Made by a program: the position numbers and the translations under genes. Below are positions 1 to 9,800 of a stretch of 64,000 nucleotides of DNA, piece by piece (within the stretch, counting starts at the first letter, position 1; every line of letters begins with the position of its first letter). The stretch is from Capsulimonadaceae bacterium. Its GTDB lineage: Bacteria; Armatimonadota; Armatimonadia; Armatimonadales; Capsulimonadaceae. A model generated the notes under the pieces. The model did no database searches, was not told where the DNA came from, and saw only the letters and a program-made list of their open reading frames with translations. The stretch is taken from positions 5,664,001 through 5,728,000 of the forward strand of contig OZ244065.1 in NCBI GenBank assembly GCA_965215505.1. Direction: 5' to 3'.

Positions 1-1869
1 AACCTGTTCCGGCTCTACCCGAAGCTGGGAGGTATGACAGGAACGGCCAAGACCGAGGAAGACGAGTTCCGCAAGATCTACGCGCTCGACGTGGTCCAGG
101 TCCCGACCAACAAGCCGATGATCCGGCAGGACAACGCGGACATCATCTACAAGTCCCAGGAGGCCAAGCTGCGCGGCATCGCCCGCGAGATTTTGACCCT
201 GTTCGCGCGCCAGCAGCCGGTCCTCGTCGGGACCCGGAGCGTCGAGATGTCCGAGCGCGTCTCGGACCGCCTGCGCTACGACCGCTTGCAGCTTTTGGCC
301 CTGACCGACCTGCTGCGGGACAAGCTGGAGAACACCAAGGGGCTGGACAAGGCCAAGTACGCCGAGTGGGGTCCCATCCTGAACCAGCGCCTCAGCCCCT
401 ACGGCATCCCCAAGGGCGAGAGCATCCCCGTCCTGTCCGCGAGCCAGCTCACCGAGATGGCACGCCACTTCGGCATGGCGACCAGCATGAACGACTCGGC
501 CAACCGGGACGCCCTGGCGAAGCTGCTGGAGATCGCGCCGGGCGACCGGGGGCGGCTGGACGAGGCGATGACGCACGGCATCCCGCACAACATCCTGAAC
601 GCCAAGTCGCACGAAAAGGAAGCCCACATCATCGCCGAGGCGGGCCGCAAGGGCAGCGTCACCGTCGCCACCAACATGGCGGGGCGCGGCGTGGACATCC
701 TGCTCGGCGGCAGCATGGTCAGCGATGAGGAGTCACACAAGGAGGCCGGGGACGACTACGAGTACCGGCGCGGCGGCAACCCCGTCGTCGGCCTGTCCCC
801 GGTCGGGGAGCGCGGCAGCGCGGAGCACCAGAAGGAAGCCGACGAGGTGCGCGCCCTGGGCGGCCTGTTCATCCTGGGCAGCGAGCGCCACGAGGCGCGG
901 CGCATCGACAACCAGCTTCGGGGCCGGGCCGGACGCCAGGGGGACCCCGGCGCTTCCCGCTTCTACGTCTCTTTGGAAGACGAGCTGTGGCGGCTGTTCG
1001 GCGACAAGGCGAACTCCCCGTTCCTGAGCTCCTGGGCCGAGGATCAGGCGATTGACGCCAAGATGCTGTCCGCCATGATCGCCCGCGCGCAGAAGAAGGT
1101 CGAGATGTTCTACTTCGACCAGCGCAAGTCCACCCTGGACTATGACGACGTGATGAACGTCCAGCGCGCCAACATCTACGGCGAGCGGCGGCGCATCATG
1201 GAGGGCGCGGACCTGCGCGAAACCATCGTCGGCTACCTGCGAGACAGCGTGGAAGGGGAGATCAACCAGCACGCCCCCGACGGCGTCCCGCCGGAGGAGT
1301 GGGACATGGAGGCGCTCTACAACAGCCTCAACCAGACCTTCCCCCTGGTCCAGTATGCCACCTTGGAAGACCTCCAGGGCAGGAAGCGACCCGAGCTGAC
1401 CGAGTTCCTGCTGGAACTGGCCGACAAGTCCTACGCCGACAAGGAGCATCACTTCGTCGAGACGCTGGGCGAGGAGGCGGGCTTGAACGAGATGCGTGAC
1501 CTGGAACGGCGCGTCACCTTGCAGTCCTTGGACCGGCACTGGATGGAACACCTGTCGGCCATGGACTATCTGCGCGAGGGCATCGGCTGGCGCGGCTATG
1601 CGGGCATCGACCCGCTCGTCCTCTACAAGAAGGAGGCCTACGACATGTTCCAGCAGATGCAGGCCTCCATCCAGAGCGAGGTCGTCGGCGTCATGTCCTC
1701 CATCCAGATCAGCCTGGACGCGCAGGTTCCCTCGGACCCCCTCCTGGATCTTGAAGAGCTGCTGGAACAGGGAGCGGACGAAGATGGCATGGGCGACGCC
1801 GGCCCGGTCGAAGCGGTCGCCGGCCCCGCCCGGCGCGTGACAAAAGGCAAGTCGCGCGGGCGGCGCTAG
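1..1869 (+). CDS. secA: Preprotein translocase ATPase SecA (5'-truncated by window edge)
   Basis: Open from base 1 (NLFRLYPKLGGMTGTAKTE); motifs PVLVGT, HNILNAK, ATNMAGRGVDI, GSERHEARRIDNQLRGRAGRQGDPG, DPLVLYKKEA. Confidence 0.97.
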   Translation, partial: NLFRLYPKLGGMTGTAKTEEDEFRKIYALDVVQVPTNKPMIRQDNADIIYKSQEAKLRGIAREILTLFARQQPVLVGTRSVEMSERVSDRLRYDRLQLLALTDLLRDKLENTKGLDKAKYAEWGPILNQRLSPYGIPKGESIPVLSASQLTEMARHFGMATSMNDSANRDALAKLLEIAPGDRGRLDEAMTHGIPHNILNAKSHEKEAHIIAEAGRKGSVTVATNMAGRGVDILLGGSMVSDEESHKEAGDDYEYRRGGNPVVGLSPVGERGSAEHQKEADEVRALGGLFILGSERHEARRIDNQLRGRAGRQGDPGASRFYVSLEDELWRLFGDKANSPFLSSWAEDQAIDAKMLSAMIARAQKKVEMFYFDQRKSTLDYDDVMNVQRANIYGERRRIMEGADLRETIVGYLRDSVEGEINQHAPDGVPPEEWDMEALYNSLNQTFPLVQYATLEDLQGRKRPELTEFLLELADKSYADKEHHFVETLGEEAGLNEMRDLERRVTLQSLDRHWMEHLSAMDYLREGIGWRGYAGIDPLVLYKKEAYDMFQQMQASIQSEVVGVMSSIQISLDAQVPSDPLLDLEELLEQGADEDGMGDAGPVEAVAGPARRVTKGKSRGRR

Positions 1870-1925
1870 GCGCGGCGTTGAATAGCCGGGGGTGGCACGG
1901 ATGCCGCCCCCGGTCTGGAGAGAAT

Positions 1926-3011
1926 ATGGCGGACCAGACAAACCCGTGGGCCGACCCCCACCCGGAGATCCCGTACCTGCCCAAGCCGCCCGCCCAGGCG
2001 GCTGACTGGCTTGTGGAGCATGCTCCCGTCAACCCGAATGCCGCCCCGGAGGCGCGGGCGCTCCTGCACTACCTCTACAGCCTCTCTGGGACGCACACGC
2101 TGACCGGCCAGCACAATTTCCCCGGCCAGTCCGAGTATTCCACGAACCTGTCTACCAGCCTGACCGGCGAGACGCCTGCCCTTTATGGAACTGACTGGGG
2201 CTTCGCCGCTGCGGGCGACAAGGACTCAGCCTATGTGCGGCATGAACTTACTGCCGAACTCATGCGGCGCTGGCAGGGTGGGGCGGTCATCACCCTCTGC
2301 TGGCATGCCGTTCGCCCGACCGAAGACGAGCCGGTCACATTCTCCGATAGTGTGCAGGGCCATCTCACCGATGCAGAATTCGATGCGTTGCTGACGCCCG
2401 GTACTTCCATCCACAAGCACTGGTGCGTGCAGGTGGATATGGTCGCCGAGTACCTGAAGCAGCTTCAGGACGCGCATGTGCCGATCCTGTGGCGGCCGTT
2501 CCACGAGATCAACGGGGACTGGTTCTGGTGGAATGGGCGGCGCGGGGACGACGCCCACGGAACCAAGCAGCTCTACCGCCTGCTCTATGACCGTCTGGTC
2601 AATTTCCACGGCCTGAACAACCTGCTCTGGGTGTGGAACCCGGACCGGCCCGCCCGCGCCGACCGGCAGTTCGTGGACTACTTCCCCGGCCATGACAGGG
2701 TGGACGTGCTGGCCCTGGACTGCTACGGGGCGTTCGAGCAAAGCTATTATGATGACCTGAACGCTCTGTCCGACGGCAAGGTGATGGCGATTGGGGAGAC
2801 ATCCCACTCGCCGTCCATGACCGAGTACGAGGCACAGCCTAAATGGGCCTACTACATGAACTGGGCCGTTGATACCCCGGCAGTGGGGGGCGCACAGCCC
2901 GACCTGGACGCTCGGGCGGGTGGCCCGCGCCTGCTCTGCCTGGAAGACCCGGCCTACCGGGCAGGAATCAATCCGGTCCGCGCGGCCTGCGGCTTGAAGC
3001 CGATCGAATGA
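1926..3011 (+). CDS. Glycoside hydrolase family 26 (beta-mannanase-like)
   Basis: VPILWRPFHEINGDWFWW, NNLLWVW, YFPG..VDVLALDCY, KVMAIGE; GGAG upstream of ATG 1926. Confidence 0.9.
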   Translation: MADQTNPWADPHPEIPYLPKPPAQAADWLVEHAPVNPNAAPEARALLHYLYSLSGTHTLTGQHNFPGQSEYSTNLSTSLTGETPALYGTDWGFAAAGDKDSAYVRHELTAELMRRWQGGAVITLCWHAVRPTEDEPVTFSDSVQGHLTDAEFDALLTPGTSIHKHWCVQVDMVAEYLKQLQDAHVPILWRPFHEINGDWFWWNGRRGDDAHGTKQLYRLLYDRLVNFHGLNNLLWVWNPDRPARADRQFVDYFPGHDRVDVLALDCYGAFEQSYYDDLNALSDGKVMAIGETSHSPSMTEYEAQPKWAYYMNWAVDTPAVGGAQPDLDARAGGPRLLCLEDPAYRAGINPVRAACGLKPIE

Positions 3012-3015
3012 AGAA

Positions 3016-3106
3016 CCAGCCATGAACGGCCGGCCTACTCTTGGGGGAAAAATTCTTCGGGGTTGAATGCACGCCGAACGTAGGGGCGCACCTGGGTGTG
3101 CGCCCT
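3016..3106. repeat. Pair of GTAG-type REP palindromes (3016-3038 on -, 3080-3106 on +)
   Basis: GTAGGCCGGCCGTTCATGGCTGG (minus) and GTAGGGGCGCACCTGGGTGTGCGCCC (plus). Confidence 0.7.
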
Positions 3107-3207
3107 TCTTCTCTGCTTCCCTCCGCCTTCTCCTCTGCACTTTTCTCCCCGCCTTTTCCTGCCACCATCTCGCTGCCGAAGACCTCGCTCAGACACTCAT
3201 GCGCCTC

Positions 3208-3262
3208 TTGACAAACCCCGCGCCCTCGTGCTATTCTATATCCGACTGAATTAGTCGGAGAT
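3208..3262 (+). promoter_or_regulatory. Sigma70-like promoter followed by IscR/Rrf2-like operator
   Basis: TTGACA 3208-3213, TGn-TATTCT 3232-3237, then ATATCCGACTGAATTAGTCGGAGAT 3238-3262 (TCCGACT-N5-AGTCGGA inverted repeat); near-copy at the suf promoter. Confidence 0.75.
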
Positions 3263-3431
3263 TAGCACGAAAAATGCCCCGGACGCTTGCAGGCGTCCGG
3301 GGCATGGCGGGAAATGGCGGATACCACCCCTTTACCAACGGTATTCTACCCGATTTTCCTCCTGACGGTTCTTCTCCCGGCGGCTCAATCGCAATCGACG
3401 GCATCGCTACGGTTGCCGCAGGAGGAAAACC

Positions 3432-4226
3432 ATGTCATCTCACTCTCAGCGCGCCTCGCGGAAGGCGTTCACGCTGATCGAGCTGCTCGTCGTCATCGCC
3501 ATCATCGCGGTGCTTGCAGCCATTTTGTTTCCGGTCTTTTCCCAGGTCAGGGAAAAGGCGCGTTCCCTGGCCTGTCTGTCGAACATGAAGCAGATCGGGC
3601 TGGGCGTCCAGATGTACGTTCAGGACAATGACGAGCGGATCTTCTTCCGCGCGACCTCGAACGCCGCCTCTACGCGCACCGGCGCATCCATCGCGAAGAC
3701 CGCCCCCGTCTACAACTCGCTCCAGTGGTGGAACGGCATCATGCCCTTCGTCAAGAGCTACGCCGTCTTCTCCTGCCCGGATGACCCCGGCCCGACCCTG
3801 AGCGCCGATCCCGGCGGCAGCCTGGTCATCCCACGCTCTTACATCGCGTCCGCCGCCGTCGAGGACCTGACGCTGGCGCAGATCGGGGACCCGGCCCAAA
3901 CCCTCGTTATCACGGAGAAGTGGGACAAGAACGCGGCGGGGGCGGCCGTCAGCGCGCCGTGGATGGACGCCTTCGACGGCGACATGGCACCGGACGCGCC
4001 GCACGTCATGAAGGACGTCGCCGACCGCCACCAGGGCGGGCTGAACTGCGCCTTCTTCGATGGGCACGCCAAGTGGTATCGCCCTGGCGTACTCACAACC
4101 AGCCGTGACCTGACCGGCTGCACCTTGATTCACCAGTATCCGACCAGCCGGATGTGTGATGCCAGCATCCCCGGATGCACGAGCGTTCCGCCGGTCAACA
4201 ACCTGTGCAATCAGTTCACCTATTAG
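3432..4226 (+). CDS. Prepilin-type N-terminal cleavage/methylation protein with H-X9-DG motif (DUF1559-like)
   Basis: [69 protein letters not shown]. Confidence 0.93.
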   Translation: MSSHSQRASRKAFTLIELLVVIAIIAVLAAILFPVFSQVREKARSLACLSNMKQIGLGVQMYVQDNDERIFFRATSNAASTRTGASIAKTAPVYNSLQWWNGIMPFVKSYAVFSCPDDPGPTLSADPGGSLVIPRSYIASAAVEDLTLAQIGDPAQTLVITEKWDKNAAGAAVSAPWMDAFDGDMAPDAPHVMKDVADRHQGGLNCAFFDGHAKWYRPGVLTTSRDLTGCTLIHQYPTSRMCDASIPGCTSVPPVNNLCNQFTY

Positions 4227-4238
4227 GCGACCCAAAGC

Positions 4239-4270
4239 AAAAAGCCCCGCCGAACCCGGCGGGGCTGTTG
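4239..4270. terminator. Intrinsic terminator between convergent genes
   Basis: AGCCCCGCCG-aacc-CGGCGGGGCT with 5' A-run (U-tail on minus strand). Confidence 0.8.
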
Positions 4271-4287
4271 ACACGTCCGGCAGCGGA

Positions 4288-5349
4288 TTATGGCCGTCGC
4301 AGCATCTGCTTCATCTCGGTCACGTTCCCGGCGTTCGCCAGTGCCTCGTCTTCGGAGATCAGCCCGGCCTTCACATACTTGATCAGGCACTGGTTCATCG
4401 TCTGCATCCCCCAGAAGTTGCCCTCGGCGATAGACCCGTAAAGCTGGGACGCGCGGCCCTCCTCGATTAACTTGGCGATGGTGGGCGTGACCACCATCAC
4501 CTCGACCGCGCCGACCCGGCCCGTACCGTCCATGCGCGGCGGGAGCTTCTGCGAGATGACGCCGCGCAGCGAGCTGGAAAGCCGCAGGCAGACCATGTCG
4601 CGGTCCTGCGGCGGGTACATGTTGATGATACGGTCCAGGGTCTCCGCCGCCGACGCGGTGTGCAGCGTGGAGAAAACGAGGTGGCCGGTTTCGGCGGCGG
4701 CCAGGCCGACGCTCATCGTCTCAATGTCGCGCATCTCGCCGATCAGCAGGATGTCCGGATTCTGACGCATCATGTACTTCAGGGCGTCCGCGAACGAGTC
4801 CGTGTCCAGGCCGATCTCGCGCTGGGAGACGATGGACATCTTATCCGGGTGCATGAACTCGATGGGGTCCTCGCAGGTGATGATGTTCGCCCGGCGCGTC
4901 GAGTTGATCAGGTCGATCATGGCGGCCATCGTCGTGGTCTTGCCCGACCCGGTCGGCCCCGTCACGAGGATCAGGCCTTGACGCGACTTGGTAAGCTCCG
5001 CCAGGACGGGCGGCATGCCGAGCTGTTCCAGGGTGAAGATTTTCAGGGGGATGAGCCGAAGTACCATGCCCATGGTCCCGCGCTGCATGTAGACGTTGCA
5101 GCGGATGCGGCAGACGCCCTCCACCTCGAAAGCCAGATCCAGTTCATGCCGGTGTTCGAAGCGGCCGATCTGCTCGTGGGTCATGATGCTGTACGCCAGG
5201 TTGCGGCAGTCATCGGCGGACAGCGGGGGCGCGTCGGTCATGTGGATGCGACCGCTGATACGCATCGCGGGCGGGCTGTTGGCCTTGATGAACAGGTCGG
5301 AGGCTTTCTTGGCCGCCGCCACCGTCAGAAGCTCATTGATCTCTTCCAT
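4288..5349 (-). CDS. pilT: Type IV pilus retraction ATPase, PilT/PilU family
   Basis: ASDLFI, GLILVTGPTGSGKTTT, ITCEDPIEF, RQNPDILLIGEMRD, AETGHLVFSTLHT, GMQTM. Confidence 0.9.
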   Translation of the reverse strand: MEEINELLTVAAAKKASDLFIKANSPPAMRISGRIHMTDAPPLSADDCRNLAYSIMTHEQIGRFEHRHELDLAFEVEGVCRIRCNVYMQRGTMGMVLRLIPLKIFTLEQLGMPPVLAELTKSRQGLILVTGPTGSGKTTTMAAMIDLINSTRRANIITCEDPIEFMHPDKMSIVSQREIGLDTDSFADALKYMMRQNPDILLIGEMRDIETMSVGLAAAETGHLVFSTLHTASAAETLDRIINMYPPQDRDMVCLRLSSSLRGVISQKLPPRMDGTGRVGAVEVMVVTPTIAKLIEEGRASQLYGSIAEGNFWGMQTMNQCLIKYVKAGLISEDEALANAGNVTEMKQMLRRP

Positions 5350-5369
5350 CGCTTTATCCTTTTTGCCGA

Positions 5370-6113
5370 TTATCCCTTTATACCGATCTTGGTTCGGCCT
5401 TCTGCCACTGGGTCAGCGCCCGCGTGAGGCGGCGGGGGTGGGGGCGTCTTCCGGGACATCAGGGCGTACACCAGGACGCCCGCCGCCCCGGACGCGCCCA
5501 GGATGCCCAGCACCAGCACCCAGGGCGATCTGCGCCGGGGGGCACTGCTCCCCGCGCTCGCGGGGCGGGGCAGGCCCAGGCGGGTGAACTGCGGGTTGAG
5601 TATTTGCACCTGATAGGTGTAGAGCGTCCCGCGCTGCTGCAACGCGATCCGGACATCATTGTCGGCATAGTCACGCGGTCCCTGGAACTGATACCCGGCA
5701 CCGACGTTGAAGATCAGGGCGAGGCGCTTGTATGCGCGGAACGCGGTCAGCACCTGCTCGACCGGCAGCACCGGGGAGTTCTCCAGGACGCCGCCCGCGA
5801 TGGCGGACACGCCGCTGGTCATCCGCGCCCCCGGCACGGCCGGCGAAGGCCCGTCCGTGATGCGGCTCGGCCCCAGCGCCCACCCGGTCGCCTGTGCCAG
5901 CGCATCCAGGTCACGCTGCGCCTGTGCGTGGGGGACCGTGCGGGCATAAGTGATGTCCACGGCGTCCGCCTGGGCAGACTGCGGGAGGACCAGGAGCAGG
6001 ACGTCCGGCCGGCCCTCCGGGGCCGCGACCGGCGGGGCCTGCGCCCGGCCCGGCATCGCCGTCCCGAGCGCGGCCGCCGCCCCGACCGCCGCCATGACTC
6101 CCCATCGCCTCAT
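5370..6113 (-). CDS. Hypothetical exported protein with C-terminal membrane anchor
   Basis: Signal-peptide-like N-terminus, hydrophobic WVLVLGILGASGAAGVLVYALM near the C-terminus; lies between phrB and pilT on the same strand. Confidence 0.75.
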   Translation of the reverse strand: MRRWGVMAAVGAAAALGTAMPGRAQAPPVAAPEGRPDVLLLVLPQSAQADAVDITYARTVPHAQAQRDLDALAQATGWALGPSRITDGPSPAVPGARMTSGVSAIAGGVLENSPVLPVEQVLTAFRAYKRLALIFNVGAGYQFQGPRDYADNDVRIALQQRGTLYTYQVQILNPQFTRLGLPRPASAGSSAPRRRSPWVLVLGILGASGAAGVLVYALMSRKTPPPPPPHAGADPVAEGRTKIGIKG

Positions 6114-6122
6114 TCCGACTCC

Positions 6123-7598
6123 TTACTCCGACTCCTTCGCCGCTTTCCCCGTCACCGCCCCGTACATCGCCAGCGCCCGCACGCGCTGCCTGGCATGGTC
6201 CACGACCGGGGCGGGATACTCGGAACACCCTAGATGCTCCCGCTCCGCCGCCGTCAGCTTCCACGGCGCGTGGATGGACTTCGCCGGGACGCGCGCCAGC
6301 TCGGGCACCCAGCGCTTCACATAGGCCCCATCGGGGTCGAACTTCTCCCCCTGACTTGTCGGGTTGAAGATGCGGAAGAACGGCTGGGCGTCCGTCCCCG
6401 TCCCCGCCGCCCACTGCCAGCCGCCGTTGTTCGCGGCCTGGTCGCCGTCCACGAGCTGACGCATGAAATACCTCTCGCCCCAGCGCCAGTCTATGAGCAG
6501 GTCTTTGGTCAGGAACGAGGCGACCACCATCCGGCCCCGGTTATGCATCCAGGCTTCGCTGTTCATCTGCCGCATCGCCGCATCCACGATAGGATACCCG
6601 GTCCGGCCCTCTTTCCAGGCGGCGAACAGGCTTTCGTTGTTTTCCCACTCCAGGGCGTCGAACTGCGGCCGGAACGCGCCCCCGGCGACGTGCGGGAAGT
6701 GGTGCAGGATTTGCAAGTAGAAATCGTGCCAGGCGACCTCCGACAGGAACGTTGAGTGCCCCGGCTCGGGCTGGTGTTCGCCCGGCGTTCCGCCCGAAGG
6801 CCTGTCCTTCCCCGTCCGCCGCACCGCGTCCACGACGGACCGAGCCGACATCGTCCCCAAATGCAGGTGCCGCGAGAGCAGCGAGGTCCGATCTTCGGCC
6901 AGGATGTCCCGGCCCGCATCGTAGCCGCCGACCTTGTCCTTCAGGAAGACGCGCAGCAGGTCCTGGGCCGCGTCCTCGCCGCCGGTCGCGAACGTCTGCC
7001 CCGTCGAGAACTTCAGGTCTGCGGCCGTCGGCAGCACCTCGCCGCTCGCCTCGGGCGGGGTGGGTATGTGGCGCGGGACCGGCAGCGGTGCGTCGGCAGG
7101 CCTGCTGAACCACTCGCGCTTGTACGGCCCGAAGACGGTGTAAACCGACCCCGTCTTGGACAGGATTTCATCCGGCTCAAAGAGGGCAAGGCCGGGGAAC
7201 GTCTCGACCGCCTTGCCGCGCTCCCGCAGCGCCGCCGCCACCGACTCATCGCGCTTCCGTCCGAACGGCTCGTACTCGCGCTGGTGGAAGACGCCGTCCG
7301 CCCCGAAGTCGTCTACGGCCCGGATGATCTCCTCGGGCACCTTCCCCCGCCGCACGATCAGTCGCCCGCCGCACTTTTGCAGATTAGAATCCAGCACTCG
7401 CAGCGCGTCCAGCAGGAAGGCGACGCGGGCCGCCCCGGTGTCCTCTCTGCCCAGGATATCCGGGTCGAAGACGAACAGTGGGATGACGCTCTCCGCCTGC
7501 CGGCAGGCTTCGTGCAGGGCCGCGTTGTCCGTCACCCGCAGGTCGCGCCGCAGCCACACGAGGAGTGTCTTGTATTTCTTGCCGGCCATGTTCCTCAC
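6123..7598 (-). CDS. phrB: Deoxyribodipyrimidine photolyase (class I CPD)
   Basis: WLRRDLRVTDNAAL, TSLLS.HL..G, WKEGRTGYPIVDAAMRQ, WMHNRGRM, NNGGWQW, FRIFNP. Confidence 0.95.
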   Translation of the reverse strand: MRNMAGKKYKTLLVWLRRDLRVTDNAALHEACRQAESVIPLFVFDPDILGREDTGAARVAFLLDALRVLDSNLQKCGGRLIVRRGKVPEEIIRAVDDFGADGVFHQREYEPFGRKRDESVAAALRERGKAVETFPGLALFEPDEILSKTGSVYTVFGPYKREWFSRPADAPLPVPRHIPTPPEASGEVLPTAADLKFSTGQTFATGGEDAAQDLLRVFLKDKVGGYDAGRDILAEDRTSLLSRHLHLGTMSARSVVDAVRRTGKDRPSGGTPGEHQPEPGHSTFLSEVAWHDFYLQILHHFPHVAGGAFRPQFDALEWENNESLFAAWKEGRTGYPIVDAAMRQMNSEAWMHNRGRMVVASFLTKDLLIDWRWGERYFMRQLVDGDQAANNGGWQWAAGTGTDAQPFFRIFNPTSQGEKFDPDGAYVKRWVPELARVPAKSIHAPWKLTAAEREHLGCSEYPAPVVDHARQRVRALAMYGAVTGKAAKESE

Positions 7599-7692
7599 CT
7601 GTTCTATCTCTCTATTCTACCTCCCCCGCCGCGCAACCTGCAAAGGGCCGGGTTTATTTTCTTCGCACCCGCCTCAGCCGGGGCCATCTCCA

Positions 7693-8007
7693 TCAGTCAA
7701 GGTGGAAGACCTCGGGCAGCTCCCTGCTCTCCGGGCTGTCGTCGGGGTTTGACGGCATGATGTCTTTCATGTGCGCCCACCAGCGCCGGCACACCTCCGT
7801 CTGCGCGATGGCGTCCCAGCGCGCCTCGCTCTCCACCTCGACGTACCCGAACAGTTGAAATGTTTCGGGGTGCAGGAAGATGGAGTAGTTGTGGACGCCG
7901 TGGGCGGTGAGCGTCTGGGCCAGCTCCGGCCAGATGGGGTTGTGCCGCCGCGCGTATTCGTCCCGCGCATCCGGGTTCACGGACAGCACGAAGGCTTTTC
8001 GGATCAT
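7693..8007 (-). CDS. rhaM: L-rhamnose mutarotase
   Basis: [54 protein letters not shown]. Confidence 0.93.
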   Translation of the reverse strand: MIRKAFVLSVNPDARDEYARRHNPIWPELAQTLTAHGVHNYSIFLHPETFQLFGYVEVESEARWDAIAQTEVCRRWWAHMKDIMPSNPDDSPESRELPEVFHLD

Positions 8008-8124
8008 GGTTGTCCTCCAAAGGGGGTGCCACTCCCGTTCGGCCCCGAGGCCCGGAATTCCTCCCCGCGCTCCGCTTGTATCGCCCCGCCCTATTGTGTT
8101 ATAATGCCGCAGGAGAACGCCCCC

Positions 8125-9036
8125 ATGCCCACAGTTCCCGATGCGATTCTCATCATCAACCCGACGGCGGGGCGCGGCAAGGCCGGCAAGCAGGTCCCCG
8201 AGATCCGACGCCTGCTCGGCCCGGCGGCCCGAGACTGGACCTGGCAGTACACGCAGAAAAGCGGCGACGCCACGGCCCTCGCCCGCGCGGCGGCCGAGAG
8301 CGGCGTCCGTCTGGTCATCGCGGTCGGCGGCGACGGCACGCTGCACGAGGTCGCGAACGGCGTCCTGGGGACCGAAGCGACGGTCGGGCTAATCCCCTAC
8401 GGCACCGGCAACGACTTCGCCCGCGCGCTGGGCCTCTACGGGAGCCTCGAAACGGCCTGCGCGGCGCTGACATCGGGCGTCGTCCGGCACATAGACATGG
8501 GCGTCATCGACGGGGAGGGGACCGGCGGGCCGCGCCACTTCCTGGTCCTGACCGGGACCGGCTACGATGCCCGCACCGCCCGGACCGTCAACGAGGGCAT
8601 CCGGCACCTGTCCGGCCCGCTGGCCTACGTCTGGGGGGCCATCCTGACGCTCCGCACCTTCGAGCCGTTCGCCCTGACCCTGACCCTGGACGACGACCCG
8701 CCGCGCTCGGTCGAAGCCATGTTCGTCTCGTTCGCCAACGCCGAAACGACGGGCGGCGGCATGAAGATCGCGCCCGGCGCGGTCGTGGACGACGGCTGCC
8801 TGGACGTCTGCCTGGTCGAGTCCGTCTCCAAGATGACACTGCTGTATGAACTGACACAGGTGTTCTCGGGCAAGCACGTCAACCACCCCGCCGTGACCAT
8901 GCTGCGCGCGCGGACGATCCTGGTGGATGCCGACCCGCCGCAGCCTCTGCTGATTGACGGCGAGGTCTGCGGGACGACGCCTGCGAAGATTACCCTGCTG
9001 CCCGGAGTGCTGCCCTTCATGGTGCCCGCCCCGTGA
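8125..9036 (+). CDS. Diacylglycerol kinase family lipid kinase (YegS/DagK-like)
   Basis: [50 protein letters not shown]. Confidence 0.92.
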   Translation: MPTVPDAILIINPTAGRGKAGKQVPEIRRLLGPAARDWTWQYTQKSGDATALARAAAESGVRLVIAVGGDGTLHEVANGVLGTEATVGLIPYGTGNDFARALGLYGSLETACAALTSGVVRHIDMGVIDGEGTGGPRHFLVLTGTGYDARTARTVNEGIRHLSGPLAYVWGAILTLRTFEPFALTLTLDDDPPRSVEAMFVSFANAETTGGGMKIAPGAVVDDGCLDVCLVESVSKMTLLYELTQVFSGKHVNHPAVTMLRARTILVDADPPQPLLIDGEVCGTTPAKITLLPGVLPFMVPAP

Positions 9037-9800
9037 CCTTCGATGCCGTCATCCCCGCCGGCGGGACCATTGACGCCGCCTACGCCCAGGCCATCGGCTC
9101 TGCTTACCGGCCTCTAGCCCCGCTGGGTCCTTCGGGAACGCCGGTCTTGCAGCACGTCGTAGACACCTTGCGGGCGAACAAAAACGTCGGGCGCATCGTC
9201 TGTGTCGCACCCCAAGCCGTCGCAAACGGCATTCACAATGTAGACCTGTGGCTGCCCGAAGGCGCGAGCGGCCCGGACAATATCCGTTCCGGGCTGGCCC
9301 AGGTGCCGCCCGACCGGCCCGCCATGGTCTGCGCTTCCGACCTGCCGCTCCTGACGCCCGGCTCGGTGCATGACTTCCTCGCCGCCTGCCGGCCCGACGT
9401 GGAGGTCGCCGTCGGCCTGATCAAAGCGGCCGACTATAACGCCGCTTACCCGGACGCGCCGCCGTCCGAGTTCGTCCCATTGGCCGACATCGGGCCGGTG
9501 ACGGCGAGCGGCCTGTTCGTGGTGCGCCCGGACCTCCTGGTCCGCCACGCGGCCTTGTTCCAGGCCATGTTCCAGGGGCGCAAGGAGCAGTGGCGCATGG
9601 CGGGCCTGCTCGGGCCGCGCCTGCTCTGGCAGTTCGCCACCCGCACCCTGCGCCTGCCGGACATCGTCGCCCGCGCCGAGGTCATCCTCGGCGGCCCCGT
9701 CCAAGTCGTCGAAGGAGTCGCGCCCGCCCTGGCCTACGACATTGACAACCAAGATGATTACACCTACGCCCGATCGCGCCACGCAGGACCTCATGGATAG
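9033..9800 (+). CDS. MobA-like NTP transferase domain protein
   Basis: FDAVIPAGG, VLQHVVDTL, ASDLPLLT, YDIDNQDD; GTGA overlap with upstream gene. Confidence 0.75.
   Translation: MTFDAVIPAGGTIDAAYAQAIGSAYRPLAPLGPSGTPVLQHVVDTLRANKNVGRIVCVAPQAVANGIHNVDLWLPEGASGPDNIRSGLAQVPPDRPAMVCASDLPLLTPGSVHDFLAACRPDVEVAVGLIKAADYNAAYPDAPPSEFVPLADIGPVTASGLFVVRPDLLVRHAALFQAMFQGRKEQWRMAGLLGPRLLWQFATRTLRLPDIVARAEVILGGPVQVVEGVAPALAYDIDNQDDYTYARSRHAGPHG

Noticed and set aside
270-580. Possible intein in SecA
   Set aside because: No C/S start, HN end or splicing-block motifs recognisable.
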